Below, in pieces: positions 1 to 16,053 of a stretch of DNA of 64,000 nt. This stretch comes from Octopus sinensis. Its lineage: Eukaryota. Under the pieces are notes generated by a model that had not been told where the DNA came from, did not search any database, and saw only the letters and a list, made by a program, of their open reading frames with translations. Position 1 is the first letter of the stretch. Each line of letters begins with the position of its first letter. Location of the stretch: assembly GCF_006345805.1 (NCBI RefSeq), contig NW_021829832.1, forward strand, positions 868,001 through 932,000, in the 5' to 3' direction. The position numbers were made by a program, and so were the translations under genes.

Positions 1-1150
1 AAAACTTTGGTCTCCCGTGTTGGATGATAATACTCATCCAGAAACTTATCACAAAATGGAAAATCAGTATAAATTTAGAAAACGGAATACTGGGGGAACG
101 CAAAATCAATAGAGGTATACTGCAATTAGAATCTCTCTCATCTTCATTTTTGTGATGTAAATATATCCTCTGTGCTGAATGTTTGGCGGAAATTTTCTGA
201 AACTAATCATGAGAAACTCAGACAGGGAGGAACCTGCATATGCCACTAATCACCTCTTATTTATGAACGATATAAAGCTGTTTTGGTATTATAATGACGT
301 AATTAAAAATGATGGAAAAAGTTAAATTGTTTTTTGATGTAGCTGGGTTGGAAAAAAACGTTCAAAAATTTGCAAGAAATGAATTCGAGAGGCCTGGAGT
401 TAATAAGTAATAAAGTGGAGGGAATACTCCTTCAATTTTATGATGATTTAGAACATAAGAAATACCTTTGTTTAAGGAGAGCAGGGATTAATTCAAAGAA
501 AGCACATATGGCCACTGAAATAAATGGATCCACTGCGACTCATCCAAAAAGACTGTTGATCACTTTGCCACCATGTGTGGGCGAATGCTTCATCTGCATC
601 TATGTCACCAATATGTAATAAAAGATCAAAAAAATTAAAAAACACATTCAGTCGAATCTGTTACCACCAACAAATTTGCAAAAATTCGAATTGACACAAA
701 CCATTCGGTAGATAATGGCCAAATAACAAACCCGACAGTTTTGTTCACTACAAATCGAGCCACACAATTGCACTTCTCGTAGTGGGGATCACTTCATAAA
801 ATTGTCTCAAGCGAATCAAAGTAAAAAAGTTCCACAAATACGACTTTCTGGCAAATGAACATGGAGCAATCTACAGGGCGAAAGTGAAAATCGTCCTTGT
901 CGTTGACTTGGGACAGAAGTATCAAAATTTTTCAAGAACTATCCGGGGAACTCGGAGTGGAGATAAGGTGAATACATATATCCAGACACTGGTATTGCGA
1001 AAGATCTTAAAGAGCAGCAAGCCGAGACAAGGCACGGGTTATTGATGCCTGTTGAGGGGGTGGCCTCTATATCTAGACTGCGTGTCGACATAAATCTGCC
1101 CATCAGTGCAGCGAAAGTAGGTCCTAAGAGGATGAGGTTGATTTAACAAA
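1..1150 (+). mobile_element. Degraded, internally deleted R4/Dong-like RLE non-LTR retrotransposon (RT plus restriction-like endonuclease remnants)
   Basis: Frame-broken translations WKISINLENGILGERKINRGIL, NHLLFMNDIKLF (YxDD region) and NNKPDSFVH...KFHKYDFLANEHGAIYRAKVKIV align by eye to the better-preserved copy at 45896-47441. Confidence 0.75.
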
Positions 1151-1561
1151 AACTATAAATAATTTAATTTCTAGCTTCCGGATGTATTTCTCTCGTATGA
1201 GTTACTTAATTAAGATACCTATTTGAAAGATCGTTCACTTTGAACCTATTTAAAAAACAATCTAAATTAATAATTGCATTATTGATAATGAAAGGATTCG
1301 TGAACCACATTTTATATGGGATTTTTAATTTTCAGCCACACCCTAAAACGAGTATGTTAGCATCCTCGACATAGTCTATAAACTTAAACAATTAAAACCT
1401 CAAGGACAAACAACGTAGTAATTGCGAGTAGAATCTCAACAGCGGTTCTTGTTTGGGAGTTAATCCCTAATTCTATATACTATTTGCTTTATTGAATAAA
1501 AAGGTAGATTAAACGAGATTATAAAATAAGGTTATTAGTAGAATAGAAATATTGAACGATC

Positions 1562-3317
1562 TCATAGTTGTGTTTGAGAACTGGAGATGTGACTCTTTTT
1601 ATCCCTCTTGAAAAATGATTGGATTTTACTAATCGCGACATCATATGGCTCGAGAGATCGTAAGTACTTTGGAAGGAACTCCCAAGTTCGCAAAAAGTGA
1701 GGCAGAGCAGAAGGAAGTTTGTCTTGTAAGACGTTAATGACGGAGATGAGGAAAATAAAGAAAACGATAATTCCAATACACCCCCAAACTGTCTGCCACC
1801 CAATCAGGGACAGGCCAAAGAAGACACCAGGAATCACAAAGAATACGAAGGTCATGTAAAAAACCGCAAACCAATGATATTTTGCTGACGTTTTGCCCAA
1901 AAATACTGCCACCCTTAATGGAATCTGAAAGTTAGTGATAGGTAGGAGACCCTCCGTAAGAATGGGAGTGGATACCACAACAGAACACCATTCAGGTTGA
2001 AAAAAAGGTGGCAAAGTGCGATTTCCATGGAGTAGCGTGCATATTTCCCTTTGACTGTGAGTGCGGCCATGATAGCGGTCACGGTGGTCCCCAAATTGGC
2101 TCCCAAAGTTAAGGGAAATGCTCTTTCCAGGGTGATTATCCCGACTCCGACGAGTGGGGTCAGCATTGAGGTGAATACTGAACTGCTTTGGAGAATGATG
2201 GTGCAGAACATTGCTATTAGAATAGCCAAATATTCGGTGAAATATTTGCATACTCCTGGGAGGTCTGAGTTAACGTACTAAACACTCTTTAAGAAGAGTT
2301 CACTCTCGTTATCGCGTTGTTGACGTATTTCTGGACAAGCGAGTAAAGAGCTTTGACCATCCCAATGATACAGAAAGTGAGCAGCAACACGGACAGAACA
2401 AGTAGCAGGATTCCAATGTAGTGGTCAGGCCATTTGTACAGATAGGCCATTAAATATCCGCCTAGTTATATTAATGAATCCAAACAGACATGGATATGCG
2501 ACTGTCGAGTTGTGTCTTATGCAGTTATATTCCAATATACTGGTGTAATGGCTATTGTTCTGACCAATTTGAGTAATATAGTTGTCGTTTATCTGGAATA
2601 TAAGAAAAGGGGTACTTTAATGATTAGATTTTGCACAGGTTCAAAGATTACTGAAATGAATTTAATCTCATTGTGGCGAGAGGTGTTTCCGTGGTTGAGA
2701 TGTGAGGAAGCCTGCAATGCGAGAAATTCAATATAACCAATTCCTGTCAAACGTGCTAAAACAGTACAATATTGTTGATACATGAAATAATTTCTATTGG
2801 CAAAAACACGAAGACACTCAGAAAGTTGAAAACATCGTGAATTGTTGCGCCCGAAAAAGACTTGGTGAATTGGCCGTTGTCTCGAATGTGTCCAAAGGAA
2901 ACCAGCACGTTGGTTATCGAGGTCCCAATGTTGGCACCCATCACCAAAGGAATGGCATTAGAGACTGACAGTACTGCGGGCAACATTAAATAGACAATCA
3001 CTTTTAGTTCCGACCATTGTGACCACAATTGAAGTAGTCGTCGACGAGCTTTGGACAAGTACAGTCATGAGCATTCCGAGGATTAGTCCAGCAATGGGGT
3101 TTGTAATCAATTTACTCTTTTCCAGAGTTTTGCCGGCCGTAGACCCTAAAATATTTTCAGACCACCAACCTCCAATCAGTTTGAACGAGATGGTCATAAA
3201 TCCAAGTGATAAAATGAAAAAGTACAGGACAAGTATTAAAAAGAATATTCTTGAAGCCAAATTCACACAATTCCTAATTCTGAGATTCTTGTCTGTGTGT
3301 TCAGCAGTATAACTCAA
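1562..3317 (-). CDS. SLC34A: Type II Na+/phosphate cotransporter (SLC34/NaPi-II), multi-exon
   Basis: Both signature repeats are present: LVQSSSTTTSIVV...MGANIGTS and ILQSSSVFTS...LGANLGTT. Frames join through GT-AG introns of 28, 26, 23, 28, 26 and 26 nt. Confidence 0.93.
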
Positions 3318-4004
3318 CCATTGGAGGCCACAGTTATCAATTGGTGCTTAATTTCGAGATCCATCAATGGACTAAGCCAACCTGCGCTGATTTAGCAATA
3401 AACTACTTCTAATCGGTATATATATCGAAAATCACGTGAATGCTTTAATTTGTTGAGGTTCGATTCAAAAACCTCAACACGAGCGCGAATTTCATCGGAT
3501 TAATATTAATGGATAAATATTAAAAGGAACAATGGGGCATTAGCTTGGATCGATTACTCATGTTTATTGCCAATAAGACAAGTCCCATTCTGCTGCCTAT
3601 ATCAATTAACCATATCTAATCACGTTTTGTGGGTGTATTTCACGCGCAAAATAATAATTTGCCAAATGAAAGATGATCATTAGAATAAATATGAAAATTA
3701 GGACTATCTCAAATTCCCATAGCAAATGCACGATATCCTGAATTACGCAGTTAGATAGAAAAGAACAGTGCAAAATGATAATTTTACACATTCAGAAAAT
3801 CATTTAATCACGAAATTAATTTTATGAAAATGTCAAGACACTAAAAATGAATGAGATTTAGGAAATAATATATATTATTAATTTTATAACAGGTTAATTA
3901 GTTTGTTAATGCGTCTGTGGTTTGAATATATTGTTCTTTTGTATATAAATGAGGTCACCTTCTATTATGTCGATGTGTGCTCCACTTGGAAAAGACAATC
4001 AATT

Positions 4005-5945
4005 TTATTGTAAACAGAGAGAGACAGTGACAGGAATTAGGTCATCTGATAGGACGAGACAACTGTTCTAGGCAATCGTACTCTTCAGAGGATACGTACA
4101 TTTTTGCTGTCTAGAAACAAGTTAGGGGACTACTGATCCAGAGGTCGGTCACTTGGGATTGTCTCTGGAATATTCGGATAGATCACTTGAGATCCCTAAA
4201 TGACCCGCTGTATCTCCGGGAGACTTGGACTCCGTTCAGTTTGGGACCGGTCCTCGTTGGTCAAGCCTATAGTCTAGTTTCAGCGCATAGCGCCTTATTT
4301 TTTTCACATTTCCTGAGTATTTTCTGGTATTCCTTCGAGAAGAACCACGCTTCCATCCCGTATAGCAAGCTAAGCAGAATGGTGGTGTGGAAGACGAGTG
4401 GAAGGTACTTGGGTCCAGATGCATGCTTCTTAAGAGGCGGAGAGCCGCGATGGCTTTCGCTCCCTTCTTCTTGACATCCAGGCAGTAACCCGGGTTTGCG
4501 TCGAGTGCCTCAGGTAGCGTATACAGCTGGGACGATCAATTTCAACCAGTGGCTCTGGTGCCTTTCTTTTGTTGATTTGTAAGTAAGCGGATTCGTCCAT
4601 TGTAGTGAGAGCCGCTTACTGATGCACCACTCCTTTATCACCTCAATTTAGTTGACAAACTTTCGTTGCGTCCTTTGAGGTGTACAAGACGAGGACGTCA
4701 TCAGCCTATAGGAGAAAAGTTGTTCGGGGGGGGGAAAGGAAACTGCTCATTACCAAATTGAAAAGAAGCGGACTGAAACAGGACTTTTGCGGCGCCCCCT
4801 TAAGAGTGCGATGTTTTTTGAAGCGGTAGCCAGATTTGGAAATGAAAGACTGCCGGTTCGAGAGGAAGTACCGTAGGCAGAGGAAATCTTTTTACGATGG
4901 CTTACAGAGTTGGATCTTTTCCAACAGTTCCCGGTGTCAAACACTGTCGAAAACCCTCGAGATGTCTAAGCATATGAGAGATAGAGTTTCTTTGAGCACC
5001 ATTGCTCTCGAGATTGAGGAAACAGGCACTGCAGCTCCGTTCCGAACGGAAACCCCATTGCTGTGGGAGCAGCACGTTCTTCTCTTCGGCAGCACTTTTT
5101 CCATTAACCTTGAGATAGTTTGGATTAAGCTTATGGACGGTAACTACTAGTTAGATTCGTTGGCTTCCCAGGGTTCTTGACCATCCGCATCTCGGAAATT
5201 TGGTACATGACCCCATTTCTGACTCGTCGAGAACAATCGCGCCATGAGCTCGTGTAATTCCTCGAAGCCTTCCTTCAACAGGCGCATAGGAAGTTTGTCG
5301 CGACCCACTGCGTTGTCTTTATACGAGCGGATAGCCACCTCTGTTGTGGTGATTGGGTAGTGTTCCGATGACAGTGGACACGACAGTGGCTTCGACATCG
5401 AGGATTGCCCCGTCCCTTGAAGGGCCTCCTGAGTTTTGGCCAAATATTCTGCAAAGATATTCGGAATCTCTTTCGGCGAAACAGGCACGCCGGATTTGTT
5501 GTACAGCCTCGGCGGAGAGGACTTTCCTACGAGGTTTGACACCTTATAGAAACAGTCCCAGAAGTTTGAGTTTTTAGGGTGCATAATTTTGTTTATCCCA
5601 TCACTCGCGGAGTCGATATCTAGGACAGAGTCGTAGCCGACATTGCTACTGTTGGCGTGCAGAAAGGCATTTAAGGAGATCTTATAGTACGGCCAGTTGA
5701 TCTTCGAGAAAGAGTATCGAGTAAATTCGCGTTTTTGCCTTTCAATCTTAGCGTGAATTTTGAGCTCCATTGGTAGATTGTCGCTTCTAATATCGTCAGA
5801 GACTTTGGCTCTTCCATCAGATTATGACAGTGTACGAACAGATACTCAAGCATAAGTTGTCCGAGCCGCTGAGCGAGTGGTGGTACATCGTTTTTGCCAT
5901 TGCAGAAAGGACTGAGTACACGACCCAAGAGGACTGAGTTAAATT
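4005..5945 (-). mobile_element. Degraded APE-type LINE, RT region and 3' end
   Basis: ITTTEVAIRSYKDNAVGRDKLPMRLLKE (pre-RT motif), GAPQKSCFSPLLFNL (GxPQGS-like) and a broken YADDV motif; many stops and frameshifts. Confidence 0.75.
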
Positions 5946-5975
5946 ACAACTGAACTCGCGACGATCTCCGGAATC

Positions 5976-6215
5976 GGAGGGATTACCAGGAGGCTAAGGA
6001 GCAGGTACTAATCAACTAATGCCTCACGAGAGCCCACGGAAACTCACTAGTGTCAATGTGGGTGGTTGTGAAGAATCCATATGAGTCGGTTGACAATGCC
6101 AATCTCGTTGAGTGTTTGCGAAGACTCAAGATTCCTTCGTGGTTTATCAAAATTGTTGCAACTGTGATGGACAGGTGGGACGTGCATCTTTGTGCTTTTG
6201 AGAATAAATAAGCAC
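5976..6215 (+). mobile_element. Short RT fragment of an R4/Dong-like element
   Basis: Translates as DYQEAKEQVLIN*..AHGNSLVSMWVVVKNPYESVDNANLVECLRRLKIPSWFIKIVATVMDRW, matching the GAKEQ...KAYDSVDH region of R4-type RTs. Confidence 0.7.
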
Positions 6216-6249
6216 AAAAGCTTTCATAATAGTTAAGCTAACAAAAGTC

Positions 6250-7837
6250 CTAATATGCATTTTCGGCGATCTTCCACAATTTAATGGAACCTTCAATATC
6301 CGACGAGGCCAGTAAATCACTGGAAAGTATAAATTTTTGACAGAAAACCAAAATGGCGACATCTTAACACATGTCACGGAAGCTCCATCTTGGAGAGTTT
6401 CACATACACTGGGGAATTCTTCCTCGTTCAACATTATTTTTATGGAACCATTGCACAATCCCAAAATAATGAACTTTCCCGAACAAAAATCGAAGGCGGT
6501 AATCATCTCCCCCACCGAACTAGAACAAACAGGGCCGTCCTGAGGATTGCAGGAAATAGAAAATTACATTGTCATAACGACTAATCTGACCGTCGGAGGT
6601 GGCAGTGATAAACGAGGAGAGGCGGTAGTTTTTAAGACCAACAACATTGTTCCCCTGACAATTAAATTGCCCAAGATTCCGAATGTCCGATTCTGTACAT
6701 TAGAAAAACTTGTAACTGGTTTGAGTCATTTTGCTTGTCACATCTGTGCTAAACACTTCTCCTCGCGTTGTCCCACACACAATTTTCTCAGTCCCGTCAG
6801 AAAACACAAGTTCAAGTCGAGAAATATCTCCATTTATTAACCCACCAAGATCAAGACTGACAAGTTATTTACTTGTTCTGACCGATCAATGCATATCAAG
6901 GCAGATTCCATTAAATCAACTTTCCAAATGATCACCACGGAATCCTCGGAGTATGATAACTAGGTCTCCCACCACGGAAATACAAGTTTATTTTGTTCAT
7001 CGTCACACTGCCATAACATTTGGACAATATGTCTGACGTGGCCTCGACTGTCACTCGTAACTGAACTCGCGACGATCTCCGGAATCTTGTCCATCAATGA
7101 ATAAACGACGACTTCCCCTGATCAAAAATATTTTAGTCAGAGTACACCCGAATAACAGCCAACTGCTAAAATCGACACTTCCAATGGATGGAATGCCAGG
7201 GAGGTTGCACATGAGTATAATTTGACACGATTATATGCTTCACTCTCGGCCAATCCATTTCTCGAAATGTTCCATATTTTGACTTGACTTTCGTGGGAAC
7301 AAAAGCCTTCGTGGCAAGCCTGACAGAACCTGGTCATCAATGCTCAAATCGTGTGATACGCAGCAGCCAGTAAAACCCCAGAAGCGCTCCAGTCGAGACT
7401 CGAAACAGCGGAATTGGAGTTTTGTGTGCTTTGTAGTTGTTCCATGACTATTTCCCCTGTCTTTGGTAAAGTATAATCTGCGGTGTATTTTTCAAATGAA
7501 ACCGGAAAATACGACCGATTTGTTCGCCTTTATAAGTTCCTGCATAATCTTATCTTCTGCTTTTAATAAAAAACTATTCAGATCGTCCTCCATTATTGCA
7601 GAGTTATCAACATTTGAACATAGCAGTGCAGTTTGAATCTGAGTACAGTAATTACAATTCTACCATCCCGTCTCTTTTCTTATAGGACTGAACTCCGATG
7701 TTAACATGCATCAAGTCGTCTGTCTGCGTCCGAGATTCGGATTTTGAGATTCTTTCAAAGTAGCTCAAAGAGTTTTACTTTTGCTTTTTTTCTTCTGAAT
7801 CAAAATTAACTAATTCGACTTGTGAATCTTGGAACAT
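6250..7837 (-). CDS. WDR34: WD40 dynein-2 intermediate chain (WDR34/DYNC2I2-like), multi-exon
   Basis: N-terminal xQT motifs (SRTQTD), VSSLDWSASGVLLAAAY, ATSLAFHPLEVSILAVGCYSGEVVVY and C-terminal LLASSDIEGSIKLW match the WDR34 pattern; tiny introns join the frames. Confidence 0.75.
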
Positions 7838-8259
7838 GAATTTGTTTTTATTTTGTCACTATGTAAATAATTTAAAAACAAAGTTATCATTTTTGAGAAA
7901 ATAAAAACACTTTTCAAATTAAAAATGAAGAATCGTTGTCTCTCGGATTCCCAACAACTAAGATCCGCCCTATTTATCTAGTCCAGCAGCTTATACCTGA
8001 TTATTTAAAACAGACTATATTACTAATGCATCATGTTTTATGAGAGAATGCGAACATGGCCAATGGGTAGTACCTTCTCAACTGCGATATTTCTTACATC
8101 TCCAACCATCAAAAGCAGTCAGCGGCAGACTCGACGAAAGCTAATTCGACCGCCTTCTAAAAAGGCATCGTCAATAGAATAACTTAGACGTATAATTCAC
8201 TCAATGTTGCCTTCTTTAATAATAAGATATGAAAACAGTATGAATAAAAATGACACAAG

Positions 8260-8973
8260 TCAGAGAATGTGCTCGAGTATTCCCAGGCGCACCAAATGCT
8301 CGCAATCAGCCCGAAGAAGCAAGTGCTGGCCAAATAGATTAAAGACTACCTCCGTGTTCTCACTCAGCAAGACGCGATCTCCGAACGTAGTCACAATTTC
8401 CCCATAATTGGTATGACAGCGAACCTACGCATGCCACTCCACGCCCACCTTAATGTAGAGCGACTTGGGAGGCTTGTTGAATTGGGTCAAGTCAAACCAC
8501 TCGCAGTTCAGACAACTCGCATACTGGGCCAGCAGTCGGGAATACTGTCCTAACCACTCAGACTCGGCCGAGGAGAAGTTGCTGCGGTGGTCCTGACTTA
8601 TGGCAGACCCGAACAGCCAGCGAATCTCCTTAATTCGCATCAGTCGGTTGAACCTGGAAGAATTATCCCAAAATGCGACATGTAGGCGATTACGCAACGT
8701 TTTCGACGGATGAGAGTGGTGTGCTTGTACATTATTGCTGGAAATAGGGCTGAATGTTGCGACTCGTTATCCACCGTCAGTTTACTACACGATTAAACAA
8801 TCGGTAACATGTCAATGTCGTTCTGGGCATACAGTTCCCTCATTTCATCAAAGACCTTTTCGAGGATATATTCCTTTCGAATAATTTAGTGTTCTTAATA
8901 CATTGTAAGGAGGGAGAATCGTATTCCGAGACCTGTCAAGTTCTTTTATTAACTCAAGGCCAAGGTCAGACAT
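8260..8973 (-). CDS. GINS1: GINS complex subunit Psf1
   Basis: Spliced translation MSDLGLELIKELDRS...LPPYN/EYILEKVFDEM...RRKRCVIAY/FNRLMRIKEIRW...KPPKSLYIKV...LRADCEHLVRLGILEHIL*. Confidence 0.92.
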
Positions 8974-9094
8974 TCACAGCACCACCTGACCAGAAACAGC
9001 TGTGTAATCTTTTTTATATTTTAACAATAATAATTTTGGAGAGGAAATCAATTCTAAAAATAATGTTGTAGTATAACTGAATATAATAATAAGG

Positions 9095-9190
9095 TTACTC
9101 TTCTCATTGAAAAGAAGATTCCGGGAAACCAGCTGGCTGCACCTGAGGGTATCGGTAGCAATATTGCGAGGTTACTCAATTGCTATCATT
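9095..9190 (+). mobile_element. Tiny CRE-clade 3' remnant
   Basis: Translates RETSWLHLRVSVAILRG, the C-terminal motif of the CRE copies in this window (RETSWLF; ISLAIVR/ISIAILRGN). Confidence 0.55.
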
Positions 9191-9248
9191 ATAAAGTCAC
9201 CAAAATGAAAATGTGAATAAAATTAAGAATAATCAAGTAAATATAAAA

Positions 9249-11639
<2,391 letters not shown>

Positions 11640-11780
11640 AACAAACACCAATAAAATTGAGTTTTTATTTTAATTAGTGATAGTCAATATAGTATTAATA
11701 AATATTCTAAATAATATAATAATTTTACGAAAATAATTGAAATGTACTTTTATTCTGTAAAGATGAATGATGACTGGGAT

Positions 11781-12888
11781 AATATCTCCCGGATTTGGAT
11801 TTTCAACATGTATTTAAATGTGGTAAATCAATCACTTCGCACCTTGTCACTTTGACGAACTTCATTCAGGTGGACTATCTGCCAAACAGTATAACCAAAC
11901 AACGGTTATATCCTCAGTGGATATCCATAAGACTTTTGACTCCGTTCCCAGGAAAATACTAACCAGGAAAATATACCTTAGTGAAATTCACCCAAAGCTG
12001 AAAAAGTGGCTAGCTAACTTCCTCAGCGGCCGAAGAGGCATTATCCAACAAAACAATACAAAATCGATGTCACGATATTTTCCAAACGGAGTCCCTCAAG
12101 GCTCACCCCTTTCGCCAGCTCTTTTTAACTTATTCTTATCGGATCTCCCGTTGTCAAACGACAAAGACTCAATCGTATACGCTGACGATATTGTAATTGT
12201 TACTCGGAGCCGTGAGGTGAACACGGCAAGCTCAAAATGCAGAACTACCTCCACAATCTCGAAAGTTGGCTCTCGATAAATCGACTATCAACGAGTCCTG
12301 AAAAATCGGCCACTACGCTTATGACTTCAGCAAGGAAGCTTGGGAAAATAGTGGTGAACTTATATCTAAACAACATGGAAATCCCCTTTAAAAAATCCCA
12401 GAAAATCCTCGGCGTGACTTAACGATAGTCATATGTGTTTTTCCCAACAAGTTGAAAATGTTACTACCAGCTGCATGAAGAAACTGAACATCTTAAAAGT
12501 GTTTCTCCGAAAATGCAAACAATGGATCAGCTTCCCCACACGCCAATCAATATACCGGCAATACATCGAACCCTCCATTAGTTATGCTTGTGGGGTGTGG
12601 GGAGGGTTTGTCAGTGAAACGAACCGCGAAAAAATCGAAAAAACTCAAGAAAGATTTCGGAAAGCACTACAAGGACCGAATGAACATCTATCCATCGCCT
12701 CATTTAAAGAAATCTTGGGAAAGAACCTTGGGCCTACAGGCCCTAAAACTCCACCACCGCGCCCTCATAGAAATTGTGTCGGGACTAGGGAGGAGCACCG
12801 GGCAAAGATGAGGACCTTCCTCAGAGAAGCCGGGATCACCTAGTTCTATGTTTTGGACGGTGATCTTGGTTCTAATAATAATAAATGA
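11781..12888 (+). mobile_element. 5'-truncated APE-type LINE (RT to 3' end) with (AAT)n tail; same family as 43810-45780
   Basis: DIHKTFDSVPR, GVPQGSPLSPALFNL, YADDI; tail TAATAATAATAAAT; flanking direct repeat ACTGGGAT at 11773-11780 and 12889-12896; near-identical inverted copy at 43.8-44.9 kb. Confidence 0.9.
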
Positions 12889-14235
12889 ACTGGGATGAAT
12901 GAATTTGAAAACTTATTCAAGCAAAAAATCCTATGCCGGAATCTAACTGCATATGGTGCAACTATTCGATGGTTTCAATAAACAAAAGTCAAATGCGGAT
13001 TAGATGAGGTATACCAGTGGTTCTCAACCTTTATTTTTGTATCGCCCCCTTGGAATTTTTTTCGCCCCTCCAATTTTTATATCGCCCCCTTATTTCATTA
13101 GTAAAAATTTTTATTTAAAAAATAAGAGTTTTAATGAGATCCTTGTGGTTGATGAAGATTGACAAGTTTTTCAAAATTTGTACTTCTTTTCGTAAGTGTA
13201 ATTCTAATGTCGCCTCTTTCTTCTATATTTAGTTTGTTTCTTTTTTTTCCGATCATACTATTCAGAGTGCTGAATCCTCTCTCTACGCAGTATGACGTAG
13301 GAAAACATAATATTATTGGCATCATTTTTTCCAATAATTTCGGGAATTTCATTTTTATAGATTTTTCTCCCCAGAATTGTGTCAGGTTTTCATTTTTAAA
13401 TTTTATTTTTAGTTCTTCGTCGTTTTTTAGTTCTATTAATTCTTCTTGACATTCATCATCAGAATCATAATGAATGGGCAACCAAGGATTAATCATGATA
13501 TTTTCCAACCATAGCCATCAGTTGCGCACGATAAAATATGTTCAAATGGAATATCATTTAAGAATAAATAAGATTCAAACATTTTGAATATTGACAATCC
13601 TGTAGTATCCGTGACTAAAGATTTTGCAAATAATAACTCTTCTTGCAAAATAGAATCATCATCGAAATATCTTTATAAAAAGTATTTATAAAAAGTAATA
13701 CCTTACATATGCCATCAAAATTGACTGATTATCAACGACAACTGATTCATCAAGTTGGACTGAAAACTTGCGTTCTCTGAGAAATAAAATTAAAGATTGT
13801 TCAATTTCATTAGAAATTTCATCAATTCTTCTTCGTATAGTGTCGTTGCTTAATGGAATAGTCTTCATAATATTTGAAGAATCTTTTTGTAAGATATCGT
13901 TTATAAATAAATTTAAACAAGGACGGATGACATTTTCTGCAATCGAATGGGCATTACCTATAAATTAAAATAATAATGCAACCAGTTTTTGCGATTATCT
14001 CTGCAACTTTATATGAATAAGATAATCCAGAGACATTTTGAGATATTGACGGTAAGGTGTTTTTATTTTCAAAATTCTTTTTTAATTCTAGAAAATCGCC
14101 CACCGTTGAGAACCACTGAGGTATACAACGAATGCCGAATCATCCTCCTTCCATTGGAATCACCTCCTTAATTTTCCGAACACAACAAAGTAAATAACTA
14201 CAAGTTAATTAATAAAAGCTTCATGGGCGGGAAGC

Positions 14236-14827
14236 TGTGGTTTTTTGATTCCTTCGAACGGTTTACACGCATTGTCCTGTAGGAGGAGTGCTGGCCGATT
14301 TCCCCGCCACGTCCTCCTCAATGAAGTGGTGAAAAGGGCTTTGGATTCTGCGGGATTCCCATCGACCCTTGAACCTATTGGGCTCTGCCGCAGTGACGGA
14401 AAGCGTCCTGACGGGATGACTATATTCCCCTTTAGAGGAGGAAGGTCTCTTGTTTGGGATGTAACTTGCGTCGACTCCTTTTCAGATACTGTGCCACAGG
14501 AACAGCCAGTACACCAGGCTACGCATGTGCGCTGGCAGAAGAAAGGAAGTTGACGAAGTACGCTGTGCTTCCGAACGTCGTTGAGTTTGTCCCCCTAGCC
14601 TTTGAGACCTCCGGTGTGGTTGGAAAGAAGGTAGAAAATCTGTTACGGGTTGTGGGAGGAAGAATCTCACAGAATACAAATGACCGGAGGGAGACGAGCT
14701 GGCTTTTCAGCGCATCTCGGTTGCAATCTTCGCGGGAACTGCCTCTCTATCGCAGTGCTTCGTCGTCGGACTAACCTCAAGTCACGACATTATTCTCTAT
14801 TAATTATATGTACAAATTAAAAAAAAA
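14236..14827 (+). mobile_element. 5'-truncated CRE-clade RLE retrotransposon (subfamily B) with poly-A tail
   Basis: GLHALSCRRSAGRFPRH (CCHC knuckle), GKRPDGMT...VWDVTCVD, FVPLAFETSG (RLE); ends in an A-run at 14818-14827. Confidence 0.85.
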
Positions 14828-16053
14828 GGTACATATGTAGTAGTTGGCGGCCACTTTTTAGCGAATTTTAAAAAAACTATATTTTTTTGGTGAATAATTA
14901 CCTTTTTAAATAATATTACTATAAAAAAATTAATTATTTTTATACAAAATTATTAATTATTTTTTTTATTTTAGTTTTGATTCTGGGGGACAATGTAAGG
15001 CAATGCACTCCATGATTGTTTCAAATTCTTTCTTTTGGCTGTCTGTCGCCAAATGAACTCCGTAAAAAACTATTAAGGTGTTGTCTGACTGTTCCCCTTT
15101 GTTTTCTATTACGCCATTTGGCGCTACTCCACATTCTAAGGAATAATTATATAATTGGAAACCTTTCAATATGTTGGGTGTGTGCACCCGTAGTGGATCA
15201 ACAAAACAATATCTGTGATTCACTTGCAGGTGCTGATATCCTGCATCCTGAAGATCTTTGTTGAATAACCCTTCCAGCAGTCTGATATGAGAATGGTGCC
15301 TTCTTCTACATTCTCAAGAATAGCCTTCGTAAGGGTCTTCATTGTTCTGTCAGGTATTGCTTCTAAGAAGCATTGGTTCGTTTCTCTGCAGATTCCGCCG
15401 AAACCCATTGCTCAGGCAACATTCTGCCTCTGTTGTATTTCCTTTTGAAAAATGACTTTCGTCAATTTCCACAATCATTCCTTCACCGCCTATTATATTA
15501 TAAATTTACGCACACCTATTTTGGATCTCTGACGAGATGTCAATGATAGCATGCAAATTTCACGCATGTACATTGACCAGTCCACGGTTGTATGTGAAGC
15601 CCAACCAAGATTTTCCATGCATATCTCCATAGAAGATATATTTTTGCCCACAGGTAGACAAACCGGATTATATCTTCGAATGGTACTTTGGTTCCTGCTA
15701 ACCACGTTCCTGTTGAGTTTTAATGATATAAATACCAGTTTTTAGACTCGATTTACTTCGACAGCCCCTTCTGTAGCAATTCCAAGCCGGAGAGCGCCAA
15801 TGTTTAAAGTATTTGGTGTCCGTTGCGACACACTTTTTTTTGGGATGATTCCTCTGGATTGCATGAAATTGATAGCTTCTGACATATTTGTGGGTAGATT
15901 GAATAGATTGACCTCACTTCTCATTTAAATTAAAGTAGCGTGGGATTTTATTATTTTTATATTGTATTATTTTAATTATATATTTTTTTAACTAAAAAAA
16001 ATATAGTTTTTTTAAAATTCGCTAAAAAGTGGCCGCCAACTACTACATAGTAC
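14828..16053 (-). mobile_element. Merlin (IS1016/ISXO2-like) DNA transposon, frameshifted
   Basis: About 60-bp TIRs ((G)GTACATATGTAGTAGTTGGCGGCCACTTTTTAGCG... and its inverse); transposase motifs DWSMYMREIC, GFGGICRET, ENVEEGTILISDCWKGY, VNHRYCFVDP..VHT; flanked by A-runs consistent with an 8-bp TSD. Confidence 0.85.

Noticed and set aside
4005-7086. LTR retrotransposon bounded by the 28-nt direct repeat
   Set aside because: The repeat is too short, one copy lies in a WDR34 exon, and the RT motifs are of non-LTR type.
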